In this document: positions 11,359-22,873 of the stretch, in pieces
How positions within the stretch are numbered: the stretch's first letter is position 1
How the letters are laid out: each line of letters begins with the position of its first letter
Origin: Octopus vulgaris
Taxonomy: Eukaryota
DNA: 64,000 bases
Direction of reading: 5' to 3'
Assembly (NCBI GenBank): GCA_951406725.2
Contig: OX597829.1
Location: 24,242,001 to 24,306,000, forward strand
Translations under genes and position numbers: made by a program
The notes under the pieces: model-generated
The model's database searches: none
Told to the model about the DNA's origin: nothing
The model's input: only the letters and a program-made list of their open reading frames with translations

Positions 11359-11475
11359 CACAATCTGTCCATTTTCTAAAATTGCCAGTAACCTTCACAT
11401 ATTCGTAGACAACGACAGCCGCTGGTATGGCAGTGCCTCTTTGTAAATGACACATGAAGGACACTTGGTTCTCAT
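11359..11475 (-). CDS. Clock: Clock PAS-A exon (117 nt)
   Basis: tttcag|...|gtgagt. DENQVSFMCHLQRGTAIPAAVVVYEYVKVTGNFRKWTDC (vertebrate KNQLEFCCHMLRGT...YEYVKFIGNF). Confidence 0.95.
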
Positions 11476-14048
11476 CTGAAATTATATAAAGAATAATAAA
11501 AAAACATAAATGACATAAACTTGTATTTTCTTTACATCATAAGAACTTGGAAATTTTGTGAGATGTGAAAACCATTCATTTTTAACGGTAGAACCCAAAG
11601 TAGGCTTAGCAATAAATAATGGTTTCAAATTTTGGCACAAGGTCAGGAATTTTGAGGAAGACTGAACCCCAATGCTCAACTGGTTCCTTATTCTATTAAT
11701 TCCAAAAGAATGAAAGGCAAAAATGACCTCGGCAGAATTTTCAACTCAGAATAAAAAGATGGATGAAATACTGCTAAGCATTTTGTCTGATGATTTTGTC
11801 AGCTTGCTGCCCTAGACTTGGCTATAAACAATAGCATATAAATATATACATGCTATCATTTGTTGCTTTATCTACTCTGAGTGAGTTCCAGGGTTGATAA
11901 CAACTTGTGTTTCAATATCTAATGTGAGACATGCTGGCTGAGAAAGTTCGGTAAAGTGGAAGTGGTAGATTGGTATCTCTGCAGTTTAAACCACATTCAA
12001 CTACTCCAATGTACTTTAAGATAAGCAAGTTTAATAACTGTTGGGCTGCTATTTCTAGCAGGCTGAGTAGAGAAGTTCCATATTGGCTCAATGGTGGAAG
12101 ACTCCTGTGGGTTATTGGTGGGGGGGGGAATCTGATTTGAAGAAATGTGATCACACAGAAGTGATGATACAGCATTGAGATAAATAGAAAGATATAAAAT
12201 TGCTGGCATTGTGCAACCCATGGGAGAAAGGTGCCAAATTATATTATTCTTTATCAATTAAAATCAGTATACTTATTCAGCTCATTATTTAAAGAAAAAT
12301 TCTGGAGTAGACACTTCTTCCAAACTTCCAATCAATTTCCACACAAACGCACACACATACATTTATTTGTTTGCTTTTACTCCTATTTCTCTATGTTAGC
12401 TTGAGTAGGACAAACACTTATTTTTGAGGCTGTATTTTACAGATAGATGCTCTTCCTATCACTAACACGTAATCCTTTTCCCAAATTCAGAATATTTTTT
12501 TATTCCATATGCCTTAGAAAGTTCAGAGTTAAAGGATGATTTATTGGCAGTGGCATTCACTACATTCACCTTCTGCATTCTTCTGACTCATTCCTCAGGC
12601 CATATATATGCAGGAGGTGAATGTAGTAAAGTCACATGACTACATCCAACTCTCGCTCTCCCCCTCTTGCAACTTTACAAACCATCCTTATTTCTTCTTT
12701 CTCTACACTCTCTTCTCTTCCTCTTCTTGTACACATCCTCATGACGATACATTCTGGCTGGCACCTAGTCAATACCATATTAATCTCTCTTTGGGGCACC
12801 ACTTCAGGCGTCCCATGAACCTCCACCATAACAAATCCATTCCAATTCTCCCCCTCCTCCAACACCTAACATAAAATCAATATCCTATTCTATATTCTAC
12901 TCTCCTTCTCAAGTGAGAGCTCTCATTAATCTTGTGAGTTAGAAGAGAACCTCACCAATGTTGGTACCAGCTGAAAATCTTCCAATACACCGCATAATGT
13001 GGTTGACATTAGGAAGGCCATCCAGCAAAAGAAAAAGACAATGGAGCAACACGTTGCCCTTTGGTCAATTGGCTACTGTCATTTCAACGTATGCCAGTAT
13101 GGTAAGCAAATATGAAAACATGACCACCACCACCACCACTGTTGTATAATCCGGGAGTCAGAAAGTTCAGTTCCTCACAGAGACCAGCAGTATAATCCCA
13201 AGCTGAGAATCTTTGGTCTTATTTAAAGATTCCAGCTGGTCATTGAGTGAGGCACTGGACCTTACAATACCCAAAATAATTATTCACCGAGCTGAGTTCT
13301 AGCTTTCTTAGATGTAGCAGTACATCTGTGTGTGTGTGTGTGTGTGTGTGCATACATGCATGTGCTGAAATTCAATAGATTGCTTTGGTCCAGTAGTAGA
13401 ACATCAGTCATGGTTACAGAAAATGTAGGTTAGAGTCCCATAGGTAGCCTTCAACTATCCAAAAAGGTTTTTTTTAACTCAATATTTATATGTTCTTATC
13501 TATAGTTTCAATTACTGTGCATTTCACCATCAAAAACAATTTATTTCATTTCTAAGTTTCTAAATTCATATGATGTAAACAATATTTACATATTAAATTT
13601 TATCGGGGATATTATTCAACTATCCTACATATTGGAATCTATTTACAGATACATGCCCACAGTTAAATGTACCACACTGTGTTACCTACTTACAGCTAGG
13701 CAGACTGGACTGTTGACAGTTCAGTGTGTTGGTCATGGAGAGTACACTGAACTATATCACACTGTCATACCTTCTTACAGCTAGGTAAGACCTGACCGTT
13801 TTTAACAATAAACCTCTGTCTGCTATTTCTGCTGATGATGATAGCATTGGTGGTGGGGTGGTGGTGGTGTAGTGATTGTGGTGATGTCAATGATGATGAT
13901 GACATATCATTTTTAGAAACAAACTTATCTAAAATGTATTCCACCTAGGTCATTGATTATCAATCATGAATCATGGGAAATTTTCTAAAATTGAATTTAG
14001 TAACTTTTCAAGGTTAAAAAGTGTCTTTGCCTCTCTTCCTTCTGCTAT

Positions 14049-14084
<36 letters not shown>

Positions 14085-14177
14085 CACACACACACACTAC
14101 CACCACCTCCTCTTCAATTTTTATGTCTGGCTCTTTCTTACAAGGTCATATATACAGAATATACAGACACATCTCTC

Positions 14178-14178
14178 C

Positions 14179-14242
<64 letters not shown>

Positions 14243-14305
14243 TTATCTATCTATCTACCTATCTATCTATCTATCTATCTATCTATCTCTATCTATCTCT
14301 ATCTA
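14178..14305. repeat. (TATC)n microsatellite
   Basis: About 30 TATC units. Confidence 0.95.
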
Positions 14306-15360
14306 GGTATCTACATACATCTGCATATATCCAATAAATCCCGAGTACAAAGTGTAGAATAAAAGGAAAAAAAAGACAAAAAAATACACTTGTCATCCAC
14401 ATTGACAAAGAGTTGATGAAATTTGAGGTAGCCATAGTGGTGGTTGTAGAGTTGGAAACCACAGTGGTGGTGGTGGTGGTGGTGGTGGTGGTGGTGGTTG
14501 TAGGCTGTAGTTCTAGTGATTGTGGTGACTGCAATGTGGCATTATAACTGAATCTATTAGACAGGTTTAGCAAGAAAGTGAAAACAATAATGAAACAAAA
14601 ATTTTTTCTTTTTTTCACACCTACTAGTTTAACAACTATTAAACAGGAATGCATATTGTGTTTGTGTGTACATTGGATAGTTGTGTGTGAAGGTTTAACA
14701 TTCTACTTCACAACCACGAGATCCTAGGTTTTGATATCATCATGGTCAAAAGCCATTTACCAAAGCCTCTTATTAACCCAATGCTTCTTGTGGAATCAGA
14801 GATATGGAAACAGCGTGGAAGCTCATCAGATGGATTGTCAATAATTCAAAGATCCAACCTTATCACACTAAGACATGGTGATTTCGCTTGAGAGGTATTT
14901 AGGGGTCACATAAATAATAATAATGAAGTGCTATGAATGAGTTGCAAGAAAATATAAGCAGTTTATTTTTGTGGCCTGTAGATGACTTTCAATGTGTGTG
15001 TGTGTGTGTGTGTGGCATGGGTTAGAAGGCTTAACTGGAACTGGTAAACTAAAGAGCTACACCAGGTTTCAGTTTGAATTTAACCAGCTGTAGAAACCAA
15101 ACCAAATTCAGAATGGAACCTAGTGTAGTTCTCCGGCTTACCAGTTCCAGTTAAGTCATCTAACTCATGCCAGCATGGAAAGCAGACATTAAATGATGAT
15201 CTCACACACACACACACATGCACGCACACAAAATCCAAAAACTGTTTTTCTCTCTCTTATCTATCCTTTCTGCAGTAGAACATAGGCTCAAAATGTTAGA
15301 GACTTTTGCCAATTTTCTGAGTGTCAAATTACAGAGTGTTTGGACTAAATCTGATGATTT

Positions 15361-15591
15361 TTAACCCTTTAGCGTTCAAATTAATATGTCATAAGTAATC
15401 CTTATTCATTTACATTAAAAAAAAAAATTAATCTGGTATCATCTTGTAGCTTCAAGATTTGAAAGATGTAATTGTTTATTTTTAGAATTACATTGCAGGG
15501 TAAGTTTGAGATACTGGTTCTGGCCAGTTTGAGCATAAAATGAGCAGAATATTTGGGCCGGATATAGCCGGTTTAAACACTAAAGGGTTAA
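15361..15591. mobile_element. piggyBac-type MITE
   Basis: TTAA-CCCTTTAG...CTAAAGGG-TTAA. Related copies at 53217-53414 and about 23034-23245. Confidence 0.75.
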
Positions 15592-15814
15592 GTCTCTTTT
15601 TTTTTTGTTTTGAGGGACTGCTTGATATATTGGTGAACAGTCAATGGCAGCTGAGAGCATAAAGATTAAAGTTGTGGTGAGTAAGAAACACTGCCAGATC
15701 TGACTGGCCTGGTGCAGCCTTCGGGCTCCCCAGACCCCAGTTGAACCATCCAACCCATGCTAGCATGGAAAGCAGACGTTAAATGATGATGATGATGATG
15801 ATATCATGATGATC

Positions 15815-16190
15815 CATGCCAGATATCAAAATGCCAACATTATGACTGCTGCTTAATACTCTGTGGACACTGTGATATGACATGGACAGCTGCCATGGAT
15901 ACTACAAAGCTGTGATCAGCAGGAAGGCACAAAGCAGGTATTCTGACTGTGTCCACATGTGGGAATTCATCCAACAACTGCAGGACAAGTTGATGGAAGA
16001 TCCAAGCAAGGAAATCCAAACTTTGATTAAGGGAGACAAGCATTGAAAGTCACCACTATGAAGCAGGTATTGAATGAGAACTTTTGCCCCCACTCATTCA
16101 AGAGTTATGAGGGGAAAATCCTGACAGCCAAGGCTAAGGAGAACCACTTGACAGAAACAAAGAAGCTCCTGAACAAACTGAAGATTCTGT
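15815..16190 (+). mobile_element. maT/Tc1-type transposase N-terminal remnant
   Basis: YKAVISRKAQSRYSDCV...QQLQDKLMEDPSK...KILTAKAKENHLTETKKLLNKLK with disruptions. Confidence 0.5.
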
Positions 16191-16254
16191 TGAAACAGGG
16201 ATGATCTGGACCCTTGATCAGTTGTGAACCCAGCACTCTGCTAGGCCATTAGCC

Positions 16255-16860
16255 ACACCACCACTCTTCCACTGTTCTTATGCATGTCTACAGAACATAT
16301 TCCATTCTCTTGTGCCTTCCATGCATCAATATTCCCTTTGAAAGATAAACTCATTTGCAACTTTTGTGTTCTACTTTCTGACCCCAGAATCACTCTTATC
16401 TTTCTTACACACACTCTCCTCACTGATAAGAACCTTATCAGATAAAAAGATAAGAACCTTAGAAATTTCCTAGTAATAAGATCCACAGCATCCAGCTCCA
16501 CACAACTGGGCACTTTTGAATGTGTTTGCTGATGATGCAACACCTGTCCCTATATTAACAAACCACTATCAACACTGGACCGAAGACACAACATCATCTA
16601 ACCTTATACATTCCACCATATGTAAACTTTGCTACACCTTTTACATTGGGGAAACAGTCTTACACCTTGTTGATTGCTTTTGGTAGCATATTCAAAGTAT
16701 ACTACTATGCCTGTTAGGCCAACCTGTCACCACCCACTTCAATACTATGGGCCATTACATCCCTCAAGTGGTGCTATGTTCTTTATCAGTTGAACAGAGG
16801 ATGTTCAACTGATAAACTGCTATCTCTCCTTTCAACATTTCCCCTGAAGGAGCAATGTAT
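16255..16860 (+). mobile_element. Penelope-like element GIY-YIG endonuclease remnant
   Basis: KNLRNFLV, GTFECVC--CNTCPYI, CKLCYTFYIGET, QPVTTHFNTMGH, with stops and frameshifts. Confidence 0.65.
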
Positions 16861-16997
16861 CCAAAACACTGCAGTTTCCACTCCTCATAACAAGGTTGTT
16901 GTACTCATGTTTATCAGTTTTACTATCATAAGTCTTACTGGCAGAACAAAACCAGCCTCACTGGAGTCTGTTTTGTCATTTATATATATATATATAT

Positions 16998-17803
16998 GGC
17001 AGCAGAGGAGTAACTGTGTGGTAAGTAGCTTGCTTACCAACCACATGGTCCTGGGTTCAGTCCCACTGCGTGGCACTTTGGGCAAGTGTCTTTTACTATA
17101 GCTTCAGGCCGACCAAAGCCTTGTGAGTGGATTTGGTAGACGGAAACTGGAAGAAGCCCATCATATACGTATATATATGTATATATTTGTGTGTTTGTGT
17201 TTGTCCCTGCAACATTGCTTGACAACCGATGCTGGTGTGTTTATGTCCCTGTAACTTAACGGTTCGGCAAAATAGCCGATAGAATAAGTACTGGGCTTAC
17301 AAAGAATAAGCTCTGGGGTCGATTTGCTCGACTAAAGGCCATGCTCCAGCATGGCCACAGTCAAATGACTGAAACAAGTAAAAGAGTAAAAGAGAGAGAG
17401 TATATATGAGTAGGTATGGCTGTATGATAAGACGCTTGTTTCCCAACCACGTGGTTCTGGGTTTAGTTCCACTGCATGGCACCTTGGGCAAGTGTCTTCT
17501 ACTATAGTCTCAGGTCAACCAGAGTGGATTTGGTAGATGGAAACTAAAAGAAGCCCATCATGTGTGTGTGTGTGTGGGGGGGGGGGGTTTCTTTGTGTCT
17601 GACCCACCCCACCCACCATTTTTTGACAACTGATGTTAGTGTGCTTACATCCCCATAACTTAGCGGTTCAGCAAAACAGACTAATAGGATAAAGTACCAG
17701 GCTTACAAAGAATAAGTCCTGGGGGTTGATTTCTTCAACTAAAATGTGGCGCTCCAGCATGGCCACAGTCAAACGACTGAAACAAATAAAAGAATAAAAG
17801 AAT
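16998..17803 (+). mobile_element. two tandem tRNA-derived CORE-type SINEs
   Basis: A-box-like tgtgtggtaag, B-box ggttcagtccc, CORE-like cttgggcaagt and (gtaaaaga)n tail. Same family at 20379-20760(+), 24898-25275(-), 27715-28343(-), 37745-38132(+), 44520-44840(+), 53735-54137(-) and 56085-56487(+). Confidence 0.85.
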
Positions 17804-18587
17804 ATATTGTTACTATAAACTTCAGTGTTTTCTCATCTATTTCCAGAAACTTGAAATTCTACTGATTCTTCAATTCAACAGAAAAACCTCTAAAACTTCT
17901 TAATAAAATTCACTTGTATTTCCACCAAATGTCATAAGACTAAATGTAATTCAGACATACATTATTCATACCCAGATTATTAAGTACCTGCAGGTCCCAT
18001 TGAAATTACATGCATCTTAGTCATTTCTTGTTCAATGTAAAAATTTACTGATTTTCATAACATTGTCTCATTAACTTAAAATATTTTTATATTTTTTTTC
18101 TTTTTTTTTTTCTATATATAGGGTTGTTTAAACATATAAATGAAGACGGGTGAGAACAAGTAGAATAATAATCAGTGCTGAAATATAACGAATTATAATT
18201 ATAATGAGCCTATGAAGCTTTAAGTTTCATTGGGTAGAATCAATCTGTTTTAAATAATAATAATAATAATAATAATACATACATACATACATATAACACC
18301 TACTTAATGTGCTGAGTGTCTCCTTCTTTCATTTGTCCACTCACTCATGTACCCCACCACATACACACACACATATAGAGACAGAGCATATGAGAGTGTG
18401 TGGGTGTGTGAGAGAGAGAGAACTGTAACTTGAAGTATGTAGAACCACTGATAAAATATTAGTTTCAAATTTTGGCACAAAGCCAGCAATTTTTTTGGGG
18501 TGTGGGTAAGTCGATCCATCAACTCCAGTGTTCAACTGGTACTTATTTTATTGATCCTGAAAGGATGAAAGGCAAAGTCAACCTCGA

Positions 18588-19143
18588 TGGAAGGAACCTG
18601 TGGAAAAGGTGGACCCAGGAAGGCATGGGATGAGGTGGTGAAGCATGACCTTCAAATGTTGGGCCTCACAGAGGCAATGATAAGAGACCAAGACCTTTGG
18701 AGATATGCTGTGCTTGAGAAGACCCGGCAAATAAAGTGAGATCGCAGCCGTGGCCTATACCAGTGTCACATAACCAGCAAATTTAAAGTACCCTCGAATC
18801 GTCGGTCAATACGTCATGCTTGAGAAGACCAAGTGAAATTGTAGTTGTGGCCCATAATAAGCACCATTTAAGTGCGGGTCAATGCCAGTGCCACCTGACT
18901 GGCTCCTTGTAAAAAGCACCATCCGAATGTCGTCGATGCCAGTGACCTCTGACCAGCTCCTGTGCCAATGGCACATAAAAAGCACCCACGGTACTCCCAG
19001 AGTGGTTGGCATTAGGAAGGACATCAAGTTGTAGAAACCTTGCCAGATCAGATCGGAGCCTGGTGCAGCCTTCTGGCTCACCAGTCCTCAGTCAAACGGT
19101 CCAACCCATGCCAGCATGGAAAACAGACGTTAAACGATGACGA
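18588..19143 (+). mobile_element. 5'-truncated RTE LINE (ORF end plus 3'UTR) nested in a SINE
   Basis: GTCGKGGPRKAWDEVVKHDLQMLGLTEAMIRDQDLWRYAVLEKTRQIK* is followed by the abundant ...cagacgttaaacgatga tail. Confidence 0.75.
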
Positions 19144-19281
19144 ACATACAGATGGACAAAATGCCACTAAGCATTATGCCTGATGTGCTGACAATTCTGC
19201 CAGCTCACCACTTTAACCACTGATAAAATATTGGTAAACTGTGAGATGTCGGTAAAAAACAAAAAGCATAATAAAATTTAC

Positions 19282-19402
19282 CTTTCTCAAAATCCTGTAT
19301 ACTACTGGCAGATATTTGTTGATATGATAATAACAGATTGTTTAGGCTGGTTCTCTCAGTAACATGGACAAAATCGTACAAAGAGCGATTAACCAAATCA
19401 GT
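19282..19402 (-). CDS. Clock: Clock PAS-A exon (121 nt)
   Basis: aaag|...|gtaaat. TDLVNRSLYDFVHVTERTSLNNLLLSYQQISASSIQDFEK. Phases 0/1 fit the neighbouring exons. Confidence 0.93.
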
Positions 19403-19688
19403 CTTTGTAAAAAAATGAAAGAAAAAAAGAGAAGAAAAAAATAACATTAATATAAACAGAAATAGAAAATATTGTCAAATATGAAATTGAAACAGTGCTA
19501 ATGTAATAATAAGGTGTTGCTGTTGTTCATGGCATCAGCCACGGCCATTCAAAATATAAATGCATGATGTAAGAAGTAATTTTTTTTTTTTTTTTTCACA
19601 TTACACACAGAATATTGCCAAAATGTTGAACACAAGCTGTTTCGCTTCTCTGTTTTAGAGAAAAGAGGCAGTGAGAGAGTTACACTGA

Positions 19689-19909
19689 TTAACCCTTTTG
19701 TTACTAACCCGGCCAAAACCGGCTCTGTGGTAAAATGTCTTGTTTTCATAAGTATTGATTTAAATTTTCCACCAAACCTTAGTCACAATTTATGTTCCTA
19801 ACACTAGATTAATCATAACTAAGTTATTTTACTAAATTCTTTGTTATATTTAAAATAATTGAAAGAAACACAGAGCATCTCAAAATAAATACGGTAACGA
19901 AAGGGTTAA
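19689..19909. mobile_element. piggyBac-type MITE (second family)
   Basis: TTAA-CCCTTTTGTTAC...GTAACGAAAGGG-TTAA. Related copies at ~32495-32690, ~60681-60860, ~62177-62400 and ~1150-2120 (interrupted). Confidence 0.78.
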
Positions 19910-20183
19910 TATTGGTCAACTTGCTGACTAGCAAAATACAAAAACAATCCACAATGACAGAAGATCCAATCTTGATGGTACTACAATATATCTACACACA
20001 CACACACACACATGTATGTAAATGTGTGTATAAAGACTATACAAACAGACATTAGCTACTGATTAGTAACTTCAGAATAAGAGCTAAACAAACTGAGAGT
20101 TCAAAGACATTCTGGAGATGGAAAGTATGGAAACCGATATATCTTTCTGATAAACCAATATATCTTTCAAAACTATTCTAGGT

Positions 20184-20871
20184 CAGTGTTTCTCAAAGTG
20201 GTGGTCCACAGACCGGTGCTGGTCTGCAGACTGTGCTGGTCCGTGAGCCATCAGCTGCCAGTACACGGCAGAAAAGAAAGAAACATTATATTTTATAATG
20301 TAATATTGTATCATTTGTTTACAAAATAAATGTATAATAAAAAAAATGGTCAATTTTTATTATATTCATTATATATATTGGCGCAGGAGTGGCTGTGTGG
20401 TAAATAGCTTGCTTACCAATCACATGGTTCTGGGTTCATCCCCACTGTGTGGCACCTCAAGCAAGTGTCTTCTACTATAGCCTCGGGCCGACCAAAGCTT
20501 TGTAAGTGGATTTGGTAGACGGAAACTGAAAGAAGCCCGTCATATATATGTATATGTATATATATGTGTGTCTGTGTTTGTTCCCCCAACATTACTTGAC
20601 AACCAATGCTGGTGTGTCTACATCCCCCTAACTTAGCAGTTGTGCAAAAGAGACCGATAGAATAAGTACTGGGCTTACAAAGAATAAGACCTGGGGTCGA
20701 TTTGCTCGACTAATGGCAGTGCTCCAGCATGGCCGCAGTCAAGTAAAAGAGTAAAGAGTAGAGTATATTGTTTCCAATATAAATTAATATTACTAAGAAA
20801 TATTACTGGTCCCTGGCACATTGGAAAAAAAAAATGCTGGTATGCCACTTCAGATAGTTTGAGAAGCACTG
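20184..20871. mobile_element. hAT (Charlie-type) MITE containing a SINE
   Basis: TIRs CAGTGTTTCTCAAA / TTTGAGAAGCACTG. 8-bp TSD TTCTAGGT/CTCTAGAT. Confidence 0.75.
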
Positions 20872-20889
20872 CTCTAGATGACATGTATG

Positions 20890-20980
20890 TGTGGGATGAC
20901 GGGTCCCGCATTTCGTCTTGGGCACGTACCAGTTCCCCCAGTGTCGGGTCAACGCACCCCGCTGCTGACGTCATCCCACA
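20890..20980. mobile_element. 91-bp TG...CA element with 12-bp TIR and 5-bp TSD
   Basis: TGTGGGATGACG ... CGTCATCCCACA, flanked by GTATG on both sides (20885-20889, 20981-20985). Confidence 0.75.
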
Positions 20981-21504
20981 GTATGATAGAAAGGAAGAAA
21001 AGGAGATAAAAAGTTACAACACAGAGGACAACTGGGTGTTTTTATGACATACACTGAATGTTACAGACTAGTTTTGTGGCTGGACAACAATATCAGCCAT
21101 ACATAAGGTAACATGGTAGTGCAGTAACACTGTTGTTAGGGCCATAATTGTTGAAAGATAGTCGTAGTTGTATTGGAGGAAAGTGTGTAGCAAATATTAT
21201 TATTTACTTGTTTGAGAGGAGCTCTGTGATAAACATACAAAGCAGAAAGAGAAACAGAAAGCAGGAAGTTTGCCAGAATTTTGTGATGAGAGAATAAGCA
21301 GTATGAGGTGCTCTGGATTGTGAAGCAGTAGGTCAGGTAAAATTAAGACAAAGCCTGTGGGGAAATGTGCGTCCAAAATAACAGTGATATATTCACCCTC
21401 AAGTAACAATGACCAGAAAGAGGATTGGAAGTGTGATTATGAGGATGTAAGAAATGTGTAGGAGGGAGATCTGCTGAATAGAGGGAGTAGCTATTGAAAT
21501 GAAC

Positions 21505-22670
21505 AGTTATATGGTCAAAATGACTATTAATGATTATAAAGACTGGGAAAGCAACAATATCTATCAGATGCAGTAGCTTGTGATACTAAAAAGATCTGAC
21601 TGCTGGATCTAGTCTCCCATGTAATCAAACAAATGAAAAAAAAAAAGAACAAAATATAAGATATTGTACCTAAGAACAAAGGAAATATTTTGGAAAGAAG
21701 CAATTACAGAGGTATCAAATGATGAACCAAGTTATGAAAACAATAAAAAAAAGTTTTCATATGATTACAAAACTTAGATGAGATTAATGCCAAATCAGGA
21801 TACCACTGAGGCACTCTTTATAGACAACTACAAGAGAAGTTTTTAGCTAAGAGTGAACCATTATATCAAGTACTTGTTTATCTGGAGAATGTCTTTGATA
21901 GGGTAAATGAGGTATAATCTGGCAGCCTTAAGATAAATGTTTGTGAGAGTAGTGCAAGCCATTTACAGATGAAGCTGGCAAAAAGATTTGACAAGGAGTT
22001 CAGAGCTGATTTTAATGTGCAGTTAGATGTTCACTAAGGTTTGGTTCACAACCTGTTCGTATTTATTGCAGTCTACTCAAAGGAATTTAAGACAGTTCAT
22101 GAGAATTCCTATACGCTGAAGTATTAGTTATCAAAACAGAGTCAAAATGTGCGTATAAATTCTAGAATCAAAAAGCCTTAGAGTAAACTTAGGGAAAACT
22201 GAAATTGAAATAAGTAGCAGAGAAAACAGCCCCCTGTTGTCATCAGAGAAATAACTGTGCCTGATGTGCAGAAAAGGAGTAGGTAGGATCTTCATATAAT
22301 GTATACAGTGCAAACTAATCAGGCAAAGAAGTTGTACAAAGATCACATTCAAACTGATGGTAAATAAAGACATTGTATCTGGATTTACAAGAGTAGTTAG
22401 CAGTCAGAATAGCCATGAAATAGATTCTTTTCAAAACCTGAAAGACTATATAGAAGTAATTGACAACTACTCTTACCTTGGAGACCTAATTAGCAGTGGA
22501 GAAGGGCATTCAGAAAATATAGTAGCCAGGACAAAGAGTAAGAAAACCTCAAGGGACTGCCATCTCTGCAGGTAATGAGGGGATTCTCTCTTTGAGCAAG
22601 GGGCAGATTGTATGTTGCATATGTACAAACTGCAATACCTCATGGTAGTGAGATGTGGGCATTGCATATG
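21505..22670 (+). mobile_element. degraded RTE LINE reverse transcriptase
   Basis: KGNILERSNYRGIK, IEVIDNYSYLGDLISSGEG, GRLYVAY...LHGSEMW fragments. Confidence 0.65.
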
Positions 22671-22783
22671 CATACATGTGTATGTGTTAGAGCATGCGTT
22701 GTAACATAAATGTGTGTGTGTGTGTGTGTGTGAACAATCACATAGATAAAAAGTAGATTAGAAATAATATTGAAATACATTAC

Positions 22784-22873
22784 CGGTAAATGGCCAACAA
22801 GTGATGTTATGCTCTCAGAGGCATAAAGAATATTTCCTTGTTGTGTAAAAACAAGTAAAAAGCTGTCTAAGGC
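22784..22873 (-). CDS. Clock: Clock PAS-A exon (90 nt, phase 0-0)
   Basis: tttacag|...|gtaatg. ALDSFLLVFTQQGNILYASESITSLVGHLP. Confidence 0.96.
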
